Source: Macrostomum lignano
Taxonomy: Eukaryota
Assembly (NCBI GenBank): GCA_002269645.1
Contig: NIVC01000166.1
Span: 496,001-560,000, forward strand
Reading direction: 5' to 3'
Length of the DNA stretch: 64,000 bases
Position numbers and translations under genes: made by a program. Below are positions 1 to 14,000 of this stretch, one piece after another (positions within the stretch are counted from its first letter, which is position 1; each line of letters starts with the position of its first letter). The notes under the pieces are model-generated. The model was not told the origin of the DNA. It saw nothing but the letters and a program-made list of their open reading frames with translations, and did no database searches.

Positions 1-1345
1 CCCCAGTCAGCACAGCCGAAGTTGTGAGGCTCGCCCAACAGTCACCGGACGGGAAAGCGCTGGGCCCGGACGAGGTGCCCATCGAGGCGCTGCGACTCCA
101 CTGGGTGGCCAGCGAGGTCGCCAGTGTGATGAACCGCGTGCTTTTCGGTGAGACGGCACCCAACGAATGGACCACGGTGCACATCGTCGCTATTCCGAAG
201 AAGCCGTGCACCACGCGGCTTGAGGAGCACCGAGGTATCTGCCTGCAGTCCTGCGCTGCGAAGCTGTTCAACCGGATGCTGTTATCGCGGTTGCAGCCCG
301 TGCTGGATCCGTACCTGCGTCCTAAACAGAACGGCTTCCGGCCCCACCGCGGCACATGACGGCCAGTTGCACCAGACATCATGGCACGAATGCTGCTGTG
401 CTGACACCGGACGGCCTGTCAAATTTCTTTGAGACATCCACTGGGGTGTTCAGGGAGATACGCTTGCGCCGTTCCTGTTCGTCCTGGTGCTTGACTGGGT
501 GCTGCGGACTGCTCTCCCTTCTAACCACGTCCACGACGGCTTCCTGTTGCAGCGACGCGTGGGTCGACGCCAACCGGAAAGGCAGCTTAGCGTTCTGGGC
601 TACGCCGATGATCTCGCCCTGCTGTCCTCGACCGTCGAGGGCGCCCAACGCCAGCTGGACCGGCTGGTGAGCGTTGCGGCGAGCGTCGGCCTGGTGGTCA
701 ACACGCAGAAGACCGTCGTGCTCTGCGTGCCGGACGACATCGGGGCTACAATTTTCTGCCGAGGCGCCGACGGACAGGCGACGAAGCTTTCGTGCTGTCA
801 GCAGTTCGTCTACCTCGGCGGTCTGGTGCCTGACGTTAGCGAGGACCTGCGACGTCGCCGTGGACTTGACTGAGCTGCATTCCATGAGGGTTGTCCTGCA
901 GTCCGAGGCCCTGCCTGACTGTTAGAGGGCATTGTTCCAGGTGGTAATCGAGACCATCCTGTTGTACAACGCCAAGACCTGGATGCTGACGGACTCACAA
1001 AAACAGCTGGTCGATGCAGCCCACGCTGGCCTGCTGCGCACTGCCTTCAAGATCGGTTACAAGTGAGTCACCAATGCGGCACTCTATTGCCGCACTGGCC
1101 TGTCTCGTACCAGAGAACTGTTGCGCCATCAGCAAATCCAGCTAGCAGGCCGTTTCATCTGAGCCAAGTTGTACTGCCCACAGCTGATGCAGGAGGTGCT
1201 GCTGCTGACACTACAGGCACCCTACCGGCAGGGGCAGGCGTGTACTTGGCATTTTGTTGACTGCCTGCTGGCTGATGCCAGCGCCCCAGACACTGCTAGT
1301 GGAGCAGCCTATGTTCATACCCAGGCCTTGAAATGTGCCTTGTGA
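1..1345 (+). mobile_element. Decayed non-LTR retrotransposon (RTE-like) reverse transcriptase, 5'-truncated by window edge, with frameshifts and stops
   Basis: RT motifs spread over several frames: IPKKP, RGICLQSCAAKLFNRMLLSRL, QNGFRPHRGT, TPDG..FFETSTGVFQGDT, LGYADDLALL, GLVVNTQKT. Internal deletion, frameshift and in-frame stops. Clade assignment is from motif familiarity, not a search. Confidence 0.85.
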
Positions 1346-1897
1346 TGTTGTCTACTAACTGATTGACAATGTATTTTTGTTGTTGTGTTGTATGGAATTA
1401 GGCTAAGAGAAATGTGGTAATACACAAAGATTTTGCCAATGCATAGAACAGTTTAGCTTAATAAAAATGACTTAAAATTTGATACATAACCATTCAATAT
1501 ACTAATTTACCTGTCTGTTGAGTAGCATTGAACTAGGACTGATGTTTGTCATAGCAATGCAAGAAAAATAGTGAACTTATTATGGACAAGCAAGCATACA
1601 AACAAACCTTAGAGATTTAGTATATTTAGATTTGACAACAAAGATATACAATGGTACTGACTTAAAAAACCTATTGCTTTAGGTTAATAGTAGCACCAAG
1701 ACATAAAATTGGGGATATAAGTATATAATCCTAACTTGAAGTTGAATATATCAGATGTGTGATGCTCAAATGACAATTCTAGTGCTTGATGAATAACAAA
1801 GATTGTATCTTGCTTTGCTTGTTTATTTGGCTTTAAGACTTCATAAGTGATAGCAAGGCTTGTAACAAGATTATAAAGCTAGGGCACTTTATATATT

Positions 1898-3057
1898 GGC
1901 AGTGCTTATCCCCACGGTACCGCAGGAACAATTTCTGTCCCATTCCAACGGTACCGTGCGAATAATTTTCTGCTTATCCGCACGGCACACTGACGAGATA
2001 GCTGCCCTATCTTCTACATATGCCGTGCGAATAATTTTCTGCTTATCCGCACGGCACACTGACGAGATAGCTGCCCTATCTTCTACATATGCCATGCGAA
2101 TAATTTTCTGCTTATCTGCACGGCACACTGAGGAGATAGCTGCCCTATCTTCTACATATGCCGTGTGGGAAGTTTAGTACATACTAAACTGTGGGAAGTT
2201 TAGTTTAGCCTATTAGAAGCCCTGTACATTAAGACCAAACAGCCCACGTTAAATAACCAACTTGCGATGGGTGGGGCTAGCCGTCAACTCAGAATTTTTT
2301 AGCTGATTTGTCAATGACCGGACTGGCTTGAAACTGATATGCACTTTACCCAACCAATACTGTATCAAAAATTGATTACTATGTACAAGTTTTAAACCAT
2401 CAATTAAAAACTCAATTCAACTACTCTTGTTACTCTCAACTATCTATATATACTGAATATTCGTTCAAATTGTTTCTCAATAAAAAGACTCTGACGATGT
2501 CCTAATGCAAATGGACAGTAGCGCAACCAGAAATTTTTCAAGGGGGGGCGGATTCTGAGGGTAAAGTCCCAGGAGGGGGGGGGCGGCGGAGGGGTGGCTC
2601 TGTTTTTGGCGAAAATTCGCTTGGTCCCCCCTTTGATTTTTTTTCGGTCCCCCGCCTAAGGGGGGGGGGCGACCGCCCCCCCCCCGCCCCCCCCTGGTTG
2701 CGCCACTGCAAATGGACGAAATGCATCGGCAACTCAAATAATACTTCATGTTGATATTTACCTTTATTTAGTACATACGATTTGAGTGCAGTATAACAAC
2801 ATAACTTGGCTTGAACATTTGTTCTAAAGAAATAAAGATTTAACGACTTTACTATGAGAAAGAATTTTTTTGTGTAGTAACAAATGATTTAAATTGCGTG
2901 CCGTGCGGATAAGCAGAAAATTATTCGCACGGCATATGTAGAAGATAGGGCAGCTATTTCCTCAGTGTGCCGTGCGGATAAGCAGAAAATTATTCGCACG
3001 GTACCGTTAGAATAAGACAGAAATTATTCCTACGGTACCGTGGGGATAAGCACTGCC
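1898..3057. mobile_element. Non-autonomous Mutator-like TIR element (MITE)
   Basis: Long TIRs starting GGCAGTGCTTATCCCCACGGTACC (1898) and ending GGTACCGTGGGGATAAGCACTGCC (3057), with ~60-bp subterminal tandem repeats. 9-bp TSD TTATATATT at 1889-1897 and 3058-3066. Confidence 0.85.
2516..2708. mobile_element. hAT-like MITE nested in the Mutator-like element
   Basis: TIRs CAGTAGCGCAACCAG / CTGGTTGCGCCACTG; 8-bp TSD CAAATGGA at 2508-2515 and 2709-2716; G/C homopolymer-rich interior. Confidence 0.85.
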
Positions 3058-3750
3058 TTATATATTAGGGAGGGATGAGAGAGTCGGCATTTGGGCATAG
3101 TGGCCACAAACTATTGCATGAGTATATGATAAGATGTTTAACTATCAATTATTCTACTTATCTACTATGAGTAGTGTGAAGCTGCCACTATCATCTTTAC
3201 TAGATATAAAGAATCAAGACCAGTAATTTCTTAGAGCTAGGTCTAAAAAAGTATAACAGTTGAAATTAAGTTTCTCTAATTGTTATTATTATCTAAGGCA
3301 AATTAAACCTTAAAGAACTGTTTGGCTTTATAGAACCAGATAGCAACAGATATAAATTTATATTAGGCTAAATATATAACAATTATATTTATAGCTTTGA
3401 AATATCTCTTAGATTTGATTATTTGGCTGAGAATCTAGGTTAGGGTATGATTTTGCATAGGGTGTGATTTTGCACCTTGTCTTAGGCAAAAAACCCAGGC
3501 TGGGATTTTGTAGACAGCTGACAGGACAGGCTAAAGCTTCCTTGTTCTAAATGTTTTAAGTAAATTATAAATAAAGCAGCATTATCCATCCACCTATATA
3601 AGACCTACTATATACCACAATGTTTATTATATAGCATAAAAAAGGGGAAGTAATGGTTCCATTGCATGAACCTGATCAACAGCTAGTCCAGATCCTAGAA
3701 CTAGAAGAGAGTCGAGACCAATTGACTTACTGACCAAATAGCGGCTGTCT

Positions 3751-4484
3751 GGGAGCACGAGAATTTCCCGCAGGAATTTTTCCCACCAAGCTTTCCCCGC
3801 ACAAGTTTTTCCTGCACGAGATTTTGCCGCAGCGAGTTTTTCCCGCAACAAAAATTTGCCGCAGGAGCTTTTCCCACACGAGATTCTCCCGCAGCAAGTT
3901 TTTACTGCAGCGAGAGTTTCCTGCAAGAAATTTCCTGTCGAGATTTTCCTGCCAAGCTTTTACCGCCGAGATTTTCCTGCACAAATTTTCCCTACATAGA
4001 CTTTTTCCAGCAGAAAGATTTTCCCGCAAGAAATTTCTTGTGTCATGATTGCCTGTTTACCTTCCTACCTTCCTACCTGTCTGTCTGTCTGTCTGTCTGT
4101 CTGCCTGGCTGGCTGCCTGTGTCAAATTTATCAAAGAAAATCGCGTCTCTGCTAATAGCTTTCCTTTTTATAATTTCTTTCTTAAGGTAAACAGGCAATC
4201 ACAAGAAATTTCTTGTGGGAAAATCTTTCTGCTGGAAAAATTCTGTGCCGGGAAAATTCGTGCGGGAAAATCTCGGCGGTAAAAGCTCGGCAGGAAAATC
4301 TCGACGGGGAAATTTCCTACGGGAAACTCTCGCTGCGGTAAAAACTCGCTGCCGGAGAATCTCGTGCGGCCGTGCGGGGAAAGCTCCTGCGGCAAATTTT
4401 CGTCGCGGGAAAAACTCGCTGCGGGAAAATCTCGTGCGGGGAAAGCTCGGCGGGAAAAATTCCTGCGGGAAATTCTCATAGACC
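3751..4484. mobile_element. Foldback/Mutator-like palindromic element with GCGGGAAA-type subrepeats
   Basis: Arms 3759-~4040 and ~4200-4477 are imperfect inverted repeats (GAGAATTTCCCGCAGGAATTT / AAATTCCTGCGGGAAATTCTC). Flanking direct repeat CGGCTGTC at 3742-3749 and 4485-4492. Central (CTGT)n. Confidence 0.65.
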
Positions 4485-5088
4485 CGGCTGTCCTGTAGTC
4501 AATGTTTATAGGCCTAGAACTGCAATTTACACTTTCCAAATAGGCCAATATAGGCGGGGCCATGCCATCGGCTAGTAGACCCAGAGTGGTGTGCTCCAAT
4601 AACTACCGAAAAGAGCACAATTAAACGCTAAAAAATCCCACCGAGTGGACCACACGGTGAAAGAGATAAAAATGGGCTATTCGCATTCGCAATGGGAATC
4701 GCACATTCGCGCAATTCACACTGCAAGATGTGATGATTTTTAGTAATTTTACGAGTTCTCAGAAAGCACATTTTAAAACGTAAAAAAAATCAATCTCTTT
4801 TAGATTTCATATTTTTAGCACACATTTAAAATTCATGCATTGATTCTTTTGCAAGGCAATGAACTGAAAGTTTTAGGTAGCAGCAGTATTTTTATTTAAA
4901 CTTGTAGTTTTGTTTCTTTTTAAACCTTTATCATCGCGATATCTTTAAACTTTCCATGAGAAGATCTCAATCTCACTAGCCCAGTAAATCGTCATCATCG
5001 CGTCATCTTGACTTTTCCTTTAGTTTATTGCCTTTCATTGCTATCGCGAAGTCTTATTTTAATTGAGCTTTTGCTACAGTCTATAAAT

Positions 5089-8000
5089 ATGAATTTAAAG
5101 TGCAATTTGCTGTTGCTCGTGATTTGTGTCGTTTCTTTATGGGCGGACCATTGCTCATGCGAATTATTCACTGCTGTAATTGACATTCAAAAATCACTGC
5201 AGCAGGAGCAAGATCTTGCTGTGGCTCTTGAAGATTATGTATCGCAAGAAATGGTGCGACTTTCTTCCGTGAAGCGATTTGCTGAGACACTGAAATCCAG
5301 AGTTAAAACGGATGACACTAACTCAACCGACTTAACTCATCCAGTTTATGCCTATCTAATGCTTAAACGCCTTGGCGTAGACTGGCAAGAACATGTGAAA
5401 GGGAAGAAAGAGGAGTTGAAAAACTCGTTTGAATCTAGAATTCAAAACCTTTCCCTACCAGGCATAGAAGATGTTGATGGTGCTATGGATGCTATTGTTA
5501 GATTGCAAGATACATATGCTCTTCCTGCAAGGATGCTTTCTACTGGCAAAGTTTCTCATGAGTTCAATTTTTCTAAAAGCATTATGACTGGTAAGTTTTT
5601 TGTCACTTTTCAATTTAGCAACTAAATGCTTTAAATTCATTTAATAATTTAATCAAATAATAAAGCATATCCATAGGCCAGGCCTAGGGCTAAGTAGCCT
5701 GGCAACAATTGCATTATTAATACTAATAGTATAGGCCTAAATATTATCATATTTTAGGTTGGTTTATGTTTGAACTTTAGAGAGACTTGATGACTTGTTT
5801 ATGTTTAAATGTGCAACAACAATAACAATAGCAACAAACAAAGTACTTCATTTGCCAGCTATGCAGTGGCCAAAAAGGGAGAAGAAGTTAGAGTGTGTAT
5901 TTAGGCCATAGGCCTAACCCTCAGAAAGTCACATCCCTAGCTTGGTCTAGTAGGGCACCAGTATCAGTCAAAAGCCTGTCAGGATATCTCATTGTTTATC
6001 ATTGGCTTTGTCTATTTAGTCCCTGCAGTTTGGGCAGTAGTATCTTATGTAGCAGCTTAGGATAATGGGCCTCTGCTCTAACCAGATGACATGGCCAACC
6101 AATCAAAGTCATTGCTTGCGCAATAGGTCAAAAGGCCATATCAGGTATGCCCTTATGTAGAGTGCAGCATTAGTCTCGCTGCTTGGACTATTGCAAACTA
6201 AATATGCAAATTACACTACACAATATCCTATAGTCCTTTATGCAGCACTTTGCATTGATGTCTAGTGGCAATAGCCTTCACATATTTCTGAATTAGTGAA
6301 TCACCAGGGGCGTAGCCAGGATTTTTTTTGGGGGTATTGGTTAGCTGTTATCAGAAAGCAAGGGCTTGAGATCCACATATCCCCTTAATGTATTTCTAGT
6401 GCATAATACATATAATTACTCTATTTGTTTGTTAATTGTTATTCTTTCGATTTGGATACCTTTTTCTTCCTTAATGGTCACAATTGCAACTGAAAAAAGG
6501 AAAAAAATGTTGCTCTGGAAATTTGGGGGTATCGGCCGATATACCGATACCCCCTCGCTACGCCCCTGTGAATCACCAATGCAATGGCATATAAAACTTT
6601 TAGGTCATTGTGGCAAGAGTATATTTCATATATCAAGTGTGTAGAACAGTGGATTTTTTGCCAGCCAGAAGAGTAGGCCGTCTATGCATATTGTTTGATT
6701 TAAATATAGCTATAATAATACTGGCACCAATATTAATTTATTAAAGCTCCTTTAGATCTGAAAAATTTTTGACATTTAATATTATAATATGCATTTAATA
6801 TTGCATGTACATTTTTTTACTTTCTATGCAAAACACATTTTTTTGTTTTTGGAATGAATTCTATCTTGGCAGTATGGTAGCATAAGTGATGCAAGAGAGG
6901 GGGTTAGCTATTGCTAAATATTACCTTAGAATCTATATTATTAGTTATCATGAAAAGCTATTTAAAGTTTATAGAGATAAATCAATAGTTTATAGATAGT
7001 ACTCAAAGTTTTATGATAAAGTATTTCCCCTGGTGTCATACATGCCCAACACCCATCTAACCTGTCTGAACTGGACAGGTGAAATGGCCAGTGTTGGGCA
7101 CTTCCATTACCGAGTAACTTGCAAATGGTAATGCAAGTTACTTGTTTGTAAAGTGTTCCTTACACAAGTTACTTTTTTATTTTAGTAACGGAGTAACCAG
7201 TGCTGCTATTACCTGCATTTTTAACGCAGCTGCGTTTTTTTAGCTCTGGCTCTGCATTATGCGATAATTTTTTCACCAGGCGTAATATCTGCATTTTTTC
7301 TTATTATCTACACCATACCCATCCTTTTTCATGATTATAAATAAACAAGCCCAGCAAAGAAACGGCCAAGTCGATGACAGCCAGCTGGGAGTCGGCGAGG
7401 AGACTTAATTCTACTCCGCGACCCAGGAAGACGAGAATCTCAAAACGCACTATTCTTTCTTAAGGTTCGTGCATTCTATCAAGCCCTTGCTGCCTACCTA
7501 GCAACTGAACTTCCATTTAGGAAGTTCATTCTACGACACCAAGTTCTCAATCCAGGCAAACTGCTTGACAAAGAGAGTCCTGACCTTGTTGTTGCGCTGG
7601 CCAAGCAGCTGCCAACAGTAATATGCCAGAAGGAACTTGACTCTCTTCGTCAAGAAGTTCAGCAGCTGCATCTTCAAGGGCATCTTGTCGAAAGCTACCC
7701 AGCACCAGCACTTTTCTGGCATCAGGTCGCCAATAATAAGAACATCTTTGACAAGCTAGTGTTCCCCTTGATGACTAAGTTAGCGCAAGCAGTCATGACC
7801 TTCTTCCACGCCAATGCCGATCCAGAATGTGCTATAGGGAAGTCAAGTGACATCGATGATAATTCAAAGCGAAACACAATGGCTGACACCACTCGTCTAG
7901 CTCATCTTCGAGTTTGTAGCTTCCTTTGTTCAACTCAGCAACTGTGCATCTATGCGAACATCAGTCGGAACCTGATTGATCTCGGGATCAAAGCACGAGC

Positions 8001-11000
8001 CAAGTATTTTGCCCACCAGGCAGAAAAGAAAAAGCGTAAGGCTTTTTCTTAGTAGCTTGAAAAGGCTCAGGTGGCTGCTGCAGCGCAAGCGGCCAAGGAT
8101 GCTGAGACAGCAAAGTGCGAAATGCAGCGCCTAGAGCAAGCAACAAAGATTCGCCAGCGAGAGAAAGCTGCTCATGACCTTGAGCAGGAAGCCAATCGAA
8201 AGGTCACCAAAGCAGAGTTGGCGCTGCAGAAGGTCGCTGAGCACCTAAAGCAAGCGCAGCGTGAGCGGGAGGCTGCCCGGAAAGCCAAAATGGTTGTGGA
8301 AAAAAACCGCCAAATGCTAGACCAATGTGCTTTTGATGGAGGCGTAGCTACGAAGCACAAGTCCTCTAGTCAAGCCAATGTGGACCAATAATCCATCGCC
8401 GATGCCAATGGAGAAGCTTCCACCAGCAAGAAGCCCTGTGACCATTGACAATGTAGTACAATAAATTGATCTGACTGTCTATGACAGATAAACTTTCACA
8501 TTGTTCTTTAAGTACAAGCAACTTTTTAGCAATCAAATTTTTATTTAAGTCAATTCATTACAGCTATTTTTTACAGTTCATTATTCTGCTGCACTGTGTT
8601 GTGTGTTTTGTTTGTTGTGTTGCCTATCTGGAATCAAGGAAAAAAATTAAATATAAAATTCGAATTTAGGGTTAAAAATTTCTACGTTCAAATATCTTTT
8701 AGTGACAGGAGGTAAAAACAATCATCATTTTAGAATGCGTTTTTTCCCTTGTGCATTAATTTTTTTACTATATAGAGTGGCAGCACTGGGAGTAACCGTA
8801 AGTTACTCAAATTTTGGAAGTCTGTTACAGTTACTGCAACAATCACAATATTTAAATTTAAAACTTAAATGCTTAGCTAATATGCTGGTTGTAACATATT
8901 TTTGCATTTTTCATTCCTAAATTCAAAATTAAGTGAATAGTATCATATGGTATTGCGCTTAATTAATGAAGAAATACTTGAAACATGTTTTACTTTGTTA
9001 ATTTCAGTAAAATATTTTTGCCTTTCATTTTCGTTACTAAAAATTTTCAAGTTTAATTCAAACAAACAACCAAAGAAAGAAATTCATCTGTAGCCTCCAC
9101 AAGTCCCTCCACTGGCACTGCAGTACACTACACCATTTTATACAGTTCTATTTATTTTACTCTATTGAATTATTGATATTTGTTTATTTTATCATTTATA
9201 ATTTTAATTATTGATTGCCATTGCCAATTGGTCCTTCTACTTGCCTCACATTGTGTTGCCAATTCCTGTCTCTGTCTGTTAATTGGTTAATCCCAATGCC
9301 CAATGGCAAATTTCAGTAACAACAATGTGAAAAAAGCTGAAAATTTTTGTTAAGAGCATGGGTAATGGAAGTGAGTAATGGATAGTAACCTAAAAGTACT
9401 AGGTTTTTGTCTAAAGTTACTAGGCTAATGTAAGTTACTTTTTAAAAATTGGTAACTTAAGTTACAGTAACGCAAGTTACTTTTTTTGAGTAACTTGCCC
9501 AACACTGGAAATGGCCACTGGCCAATGTAAGTTGCAAAAATGAAAATGCAAAAAATAAAAAAATTGGAGGACTAAAGAAAAGAAAGGAAAAGAAAGGAAG
9601 AAGAAGAAAGAAAAAAGAAAGAGGAGAGAGAAAGAGAAAAAAGGCAAGGCAAGAAAAGTCATATAAAAAGTGAAAATTAAGTTGTAATCAGGGGAACTAA
9701 GTTGCAATTGGGAGGAACTAAGTTGCAAATCTGGACAAAACTAAATTGCACCAAACAGGTGAAATTTTGAGATTGGGCATGTATGCCTAGTGTCTCAGCT
9801 CCTTGGACTGGCCAACTATAGTCAATAAGGACAATAGAAATAAACGATCATACACATATCAACAGACCATTTTTAGTATATGGGAATGAGACCTATTGTG
9901 CTGTTTCATTTTTTTTGTGGTAGTTGGAATAACAATGCATGAAATTTTGACTGAGGATTTCCCCTTCAAAATGTTTTTGCTATCTGGGTTCCACTTGCTT
10001 TTTCCAAGGAGAACAATACTACTAATATCAATTGCAACAAGTATATGGTAAAAGATAAGACATGGGTATACCTGAAAAATATTGACACAAAGCAAAACAA
10101 TAAGTGCTGGCTTGGCCAAGGAGCTAATTGATTTTATATTGTCAAGTGCTCTATTAATAATGCAAAGACAATGCTATTGGTTGCTTTCACTCCAAACAAG
10201 TGCTGCATTGAATCCATTGAATTTATATAAAGCAAACTATTGATACAAATGACTAATGGCATCTTTGAATTTATTTAGCACATAGAAGACGTTTGGCATA
10301 TTCTCAGGTCAAAGCCAATTCACCTGTTGGATATTCTTTGACAATGGGACAATGTGCAACCTCGAACAGTCTACTGTAGCATGGAGTCTCATGGAGTTTA
10401 GCTAGTGTTTCAAAGTCCTTATTTTATTTATTGCTAATGTCCTTGATGCTTACTATTATTAAACTATGTGAGTTTATCATCAGTACAAGGTGCCCTTGGT
10501 GGCTTCAGTGCCCAAGTGGCAAGACATTGTTGACTATTATTAATCCTAACAAGTCCAAAGTGGTGTTACCAGTGATTGAGGGTTTTCCAGCTTCCTTCAT
10601 GGATTTACTATCTATCAGGACTCACTGGTTCATTACACTTCAGACTAGCAACATGCTTTAATTCCTAGGGACTTATCTATCTCTATACCTAGCATTGGTC
10701 AATGCAACTTTCACTCTCACTCTGCAACATGCTTTAATTCCTAGGGACTCATCTATCTCTATACCTAGCATTGGGCAATGCAACTTTCACTCTCACTTTG
10801 CAACATGCTTTAATTCCTAGGGACTCATCCACTTTATACCTGGCATTGGGCAATGCAACTTGAACACTCTTGGTCTGCAACCATTACTCTAGTAGCAAAC
10901 ATTGCCATGCTTAATTGGCAAAAACTACTTCTCAAAAAGTGAGCACTATAATTGTTTGTAAGAGCAAAACAGGTTGAAAAAAGTTAAGGTTACAACTTTC

Positions 11001-14000
11001 TTCTTTAGCTCCTGTATATCTACATCATTTTGGGATGTTTTCCAATTGATTCTTTTACAGTTTAACAAAATAGCGCATAATAAAACAATTGTTTTTTGCA
11101 TTCAAACAAATTTTTCAGAGCTTTTGGCAGGAAATCAAATTTGCTGAACATTATTATATGTGAAGCTATCTCACATAGCTAAGGAAGAGTAGGAGTATTA
11201 GAGTTGGGTGTCTAGGTCTATAAAATTGAACTCTTTTACTATTTTTCCATTAAGTTTTTGCATTGTTTTATCACTATAAGGTATTGCCCACCCCCCAAAA
11301 ATATTTTTGCTATGCCAAAGCTATAAGCTTTCATTTCTATAAATTATCATTTATTTTAAGTAAAGTTATATATAACGTTTTAAGTGAATAAAATCGGATG
11401 TTCCTTTTATTTCTGTTTTTGCTAAAGTTATACATCAATAAAATATATTTCTACTGCATTTTAGCGGATGAGTGCTTTGCCATTGCACTCTTTGCGTACA
11501 CCAAAGGAGATCTATACCATGCCAAAGACTGGTTCTCTGTGGCCCTTGGCCAAATGGGTGATCGAACTATTAGCAGCCAGGGCCTTAAGCGCAGCAGGAT
11601 TTTGGACTACTTGGCGTATGTTCTCTACAAGGTATCAACACGCTAATTTATGCTACTAAGCTGACGAAGCATGTTTGTATTATAAACTATAGATAGTTAC
11701 TCCTGCCTTTTACCTTTTTTTAAAATTTACTGTCTACAGCAAGGCCACCTACAGGAGGCGCTGGCGCTGACCAACGAGTTGCTAGTGCTAGAGCCCGGTC
11801 ACGAACGGGCGCTCAACAATCGGGCGCATTTCGAACGGCAATTGGCCAACGAGCTGGCCGCTGGTGGGCCACGCCGCAAAGGCGACACAGGGTCAGCCGA
11901 GGACGAGGAGGCCATCCGGCACAATGCGCCGCACCGGGAGGGCTGGTACGCCAGCGCCGAGTTCCAGCGCTACAAACGGCTGTGCCGAGGCCAACTGCTG
12001 CCTGGTGACTTCGAATCGGTGGCTTCCAATAAGCCGCTGGTGTGTCGGTACCATCGGCCGCATGCCTATTTCTATTTGGCTCCGGTTAAGGAAGAGGTCA
12101 GGGTTTTTGTTTGTTTGTAGTCTTATTGATAACTATTCTCGAAAAGATTATTGTTACATTTCTAAGCTTTGACAGCAACAGTGGAATCCAGGATCAATGG
12201 GTTTTAAAATCTGGGATTGGTTGGGATTTTTGAATCTGGGATCATTGGGATTTTGTAGTCTGAGATCAGTTGGGATTTTGGAATCTGGGATCAGTTGGGA
12301 TTTTGTAGTCTGAGATCAGTTGGGATTTTGGAATCTGGGATCATTGGGATTTTGTAGTCTGAGATCAGTTGGGATTTTGGAATCTGGGATCAGTTGGGAT
12401 TTTGGAATGTGGGATCAATTAGGATTTTGGAATCTGGGATCAGTTAGGATTTAGGAATCTCGGATCATTTGGGATTTTGGAATCTGGGATCAGTTAGAAT
12501 TTAGGAATCTCGGATCATTTGGGATTTTGGAATCTGGGATCAGTTAGGATTTAGGAATCTCGGATCATTTGGGATTTTAGAATTTGGGATCATTTGGGAT
12601 TTTAGAATCTGGGATCAGTTCGGATTTGGAATCTGGGGATCATTTGGGATTTGGAATCTGGGTCCAATTAGAATCCATGATTGTTAAAGTTTTGATTTCT
12701 GAGATGATTTATTGGGATTGTTAAGTTGAGATGATTCACTCGGGATCAGGAATCTGGGGATCCTTTTCCGACTATTTGAACCAAGTTTTCTTAGAAAAGC
12801 AACCAAATAAAATGGATCTCCAGATTGCGCACTGGCGGCCCCTCATAGTGTTATGGCATGGCATCATCGGGACAGCGGAGACGGCCACTATTCGTCAGCT
12901 GGCGGAGCCCCGGCTGCGCCGAGCCACCGTGCAGGACCCCGCAACTGGCCGCCTGGTGACTGCCCGTTATCGGATCAGCAAAAGCGCCTGGCTGCAATCC
13001 GTTCTGCACCCGGCTATTGAAAATCTGGATCGGCGCATCGAGCTGCTGACTGGACTGAGTGTGGCGTCTGCCGAGGAATTGCAGGTTGGAGTTGTCTGTC
13101 TGTGACGGTTCTTTGTAAAGAATATACTGTTTGGTACGTAGAATGATCTGTAGAAAGCGGCCCCTTGATTTCGTCGCTAAAAGAGCCACTTTAAGAACCT
13201 CTATCTAAAAGGACCAGTTTTAGGACCTCTATCTAAAAGGACCAGTTTTAGGACCTCTATCTAAAAGGACCAGTTTTAGGACCTCTATCTAAAAGGACCA
13301 GTTTTAGGACCTCTATCTAAAAGGACCAGTTTTAGGACCTCTATCTTAAAGGACCAGTTTTAGGACCTCTATCTAAAAGGACCAGTTTTAGGACCTCTAT
13401 CTAAAAGGACCAGTTTTAGGACCTCTATCTAAAAGGACCAGTTTTAGGACCTCTATCTAAAAGGACCAGTTTTAGGACCTCTATCTAAAAGGACCAGTTT
13501 TAGGACCTCTATCTAAAAGGACCAGTTTTAGAACCTCTATCTAAAAGAACCAGTTTTAGAACCTCTATCTAAAAGGACCAGTTTTAGGACCTCTATCTAA
13601 AAGGACCAGTTTTAGGACCTCTATCTAAAAGGACCAGTTTTAAGACCTCTATCTAAAAGGACCAGTTTTAGGACCTCTATCTAAAAGGACCAGTTTTAGA
13701 ACCTTTATCTAAAAGGACCAGTTTTAGGACCTCTATCTAAAAGGACGAGTTTTAGGACCTCTATCTAAAAGGACCAGTTTTAGGACCTCTATCTAAAAGG
13801 ACCAGTTTTAGGACCTCTAATGATAAATAAAAGTACCACTTTTAGATCATCAGCTAAAATGTCTAATTTTAGGTCCTCTAGTTGAAAAGACCACTTCTGG
13901 GCCTCTAACCTTAAAAACCACTTTTGGGTCCTTCAGCTGAAAAGGACCACTTTAAAGTCCTCTACTAGTTTTGAAGGGACCACCATTAGTTTGCACAAAA

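Noticed and set aside
13195-13820. Regularly spaced 20-30 bp repeats resembling CRISPR arrays (here and elsewhere)
   Set aside because: Units are head-to-tail with no unique spacers and no cas genes, and the context is eukaryotic intron.
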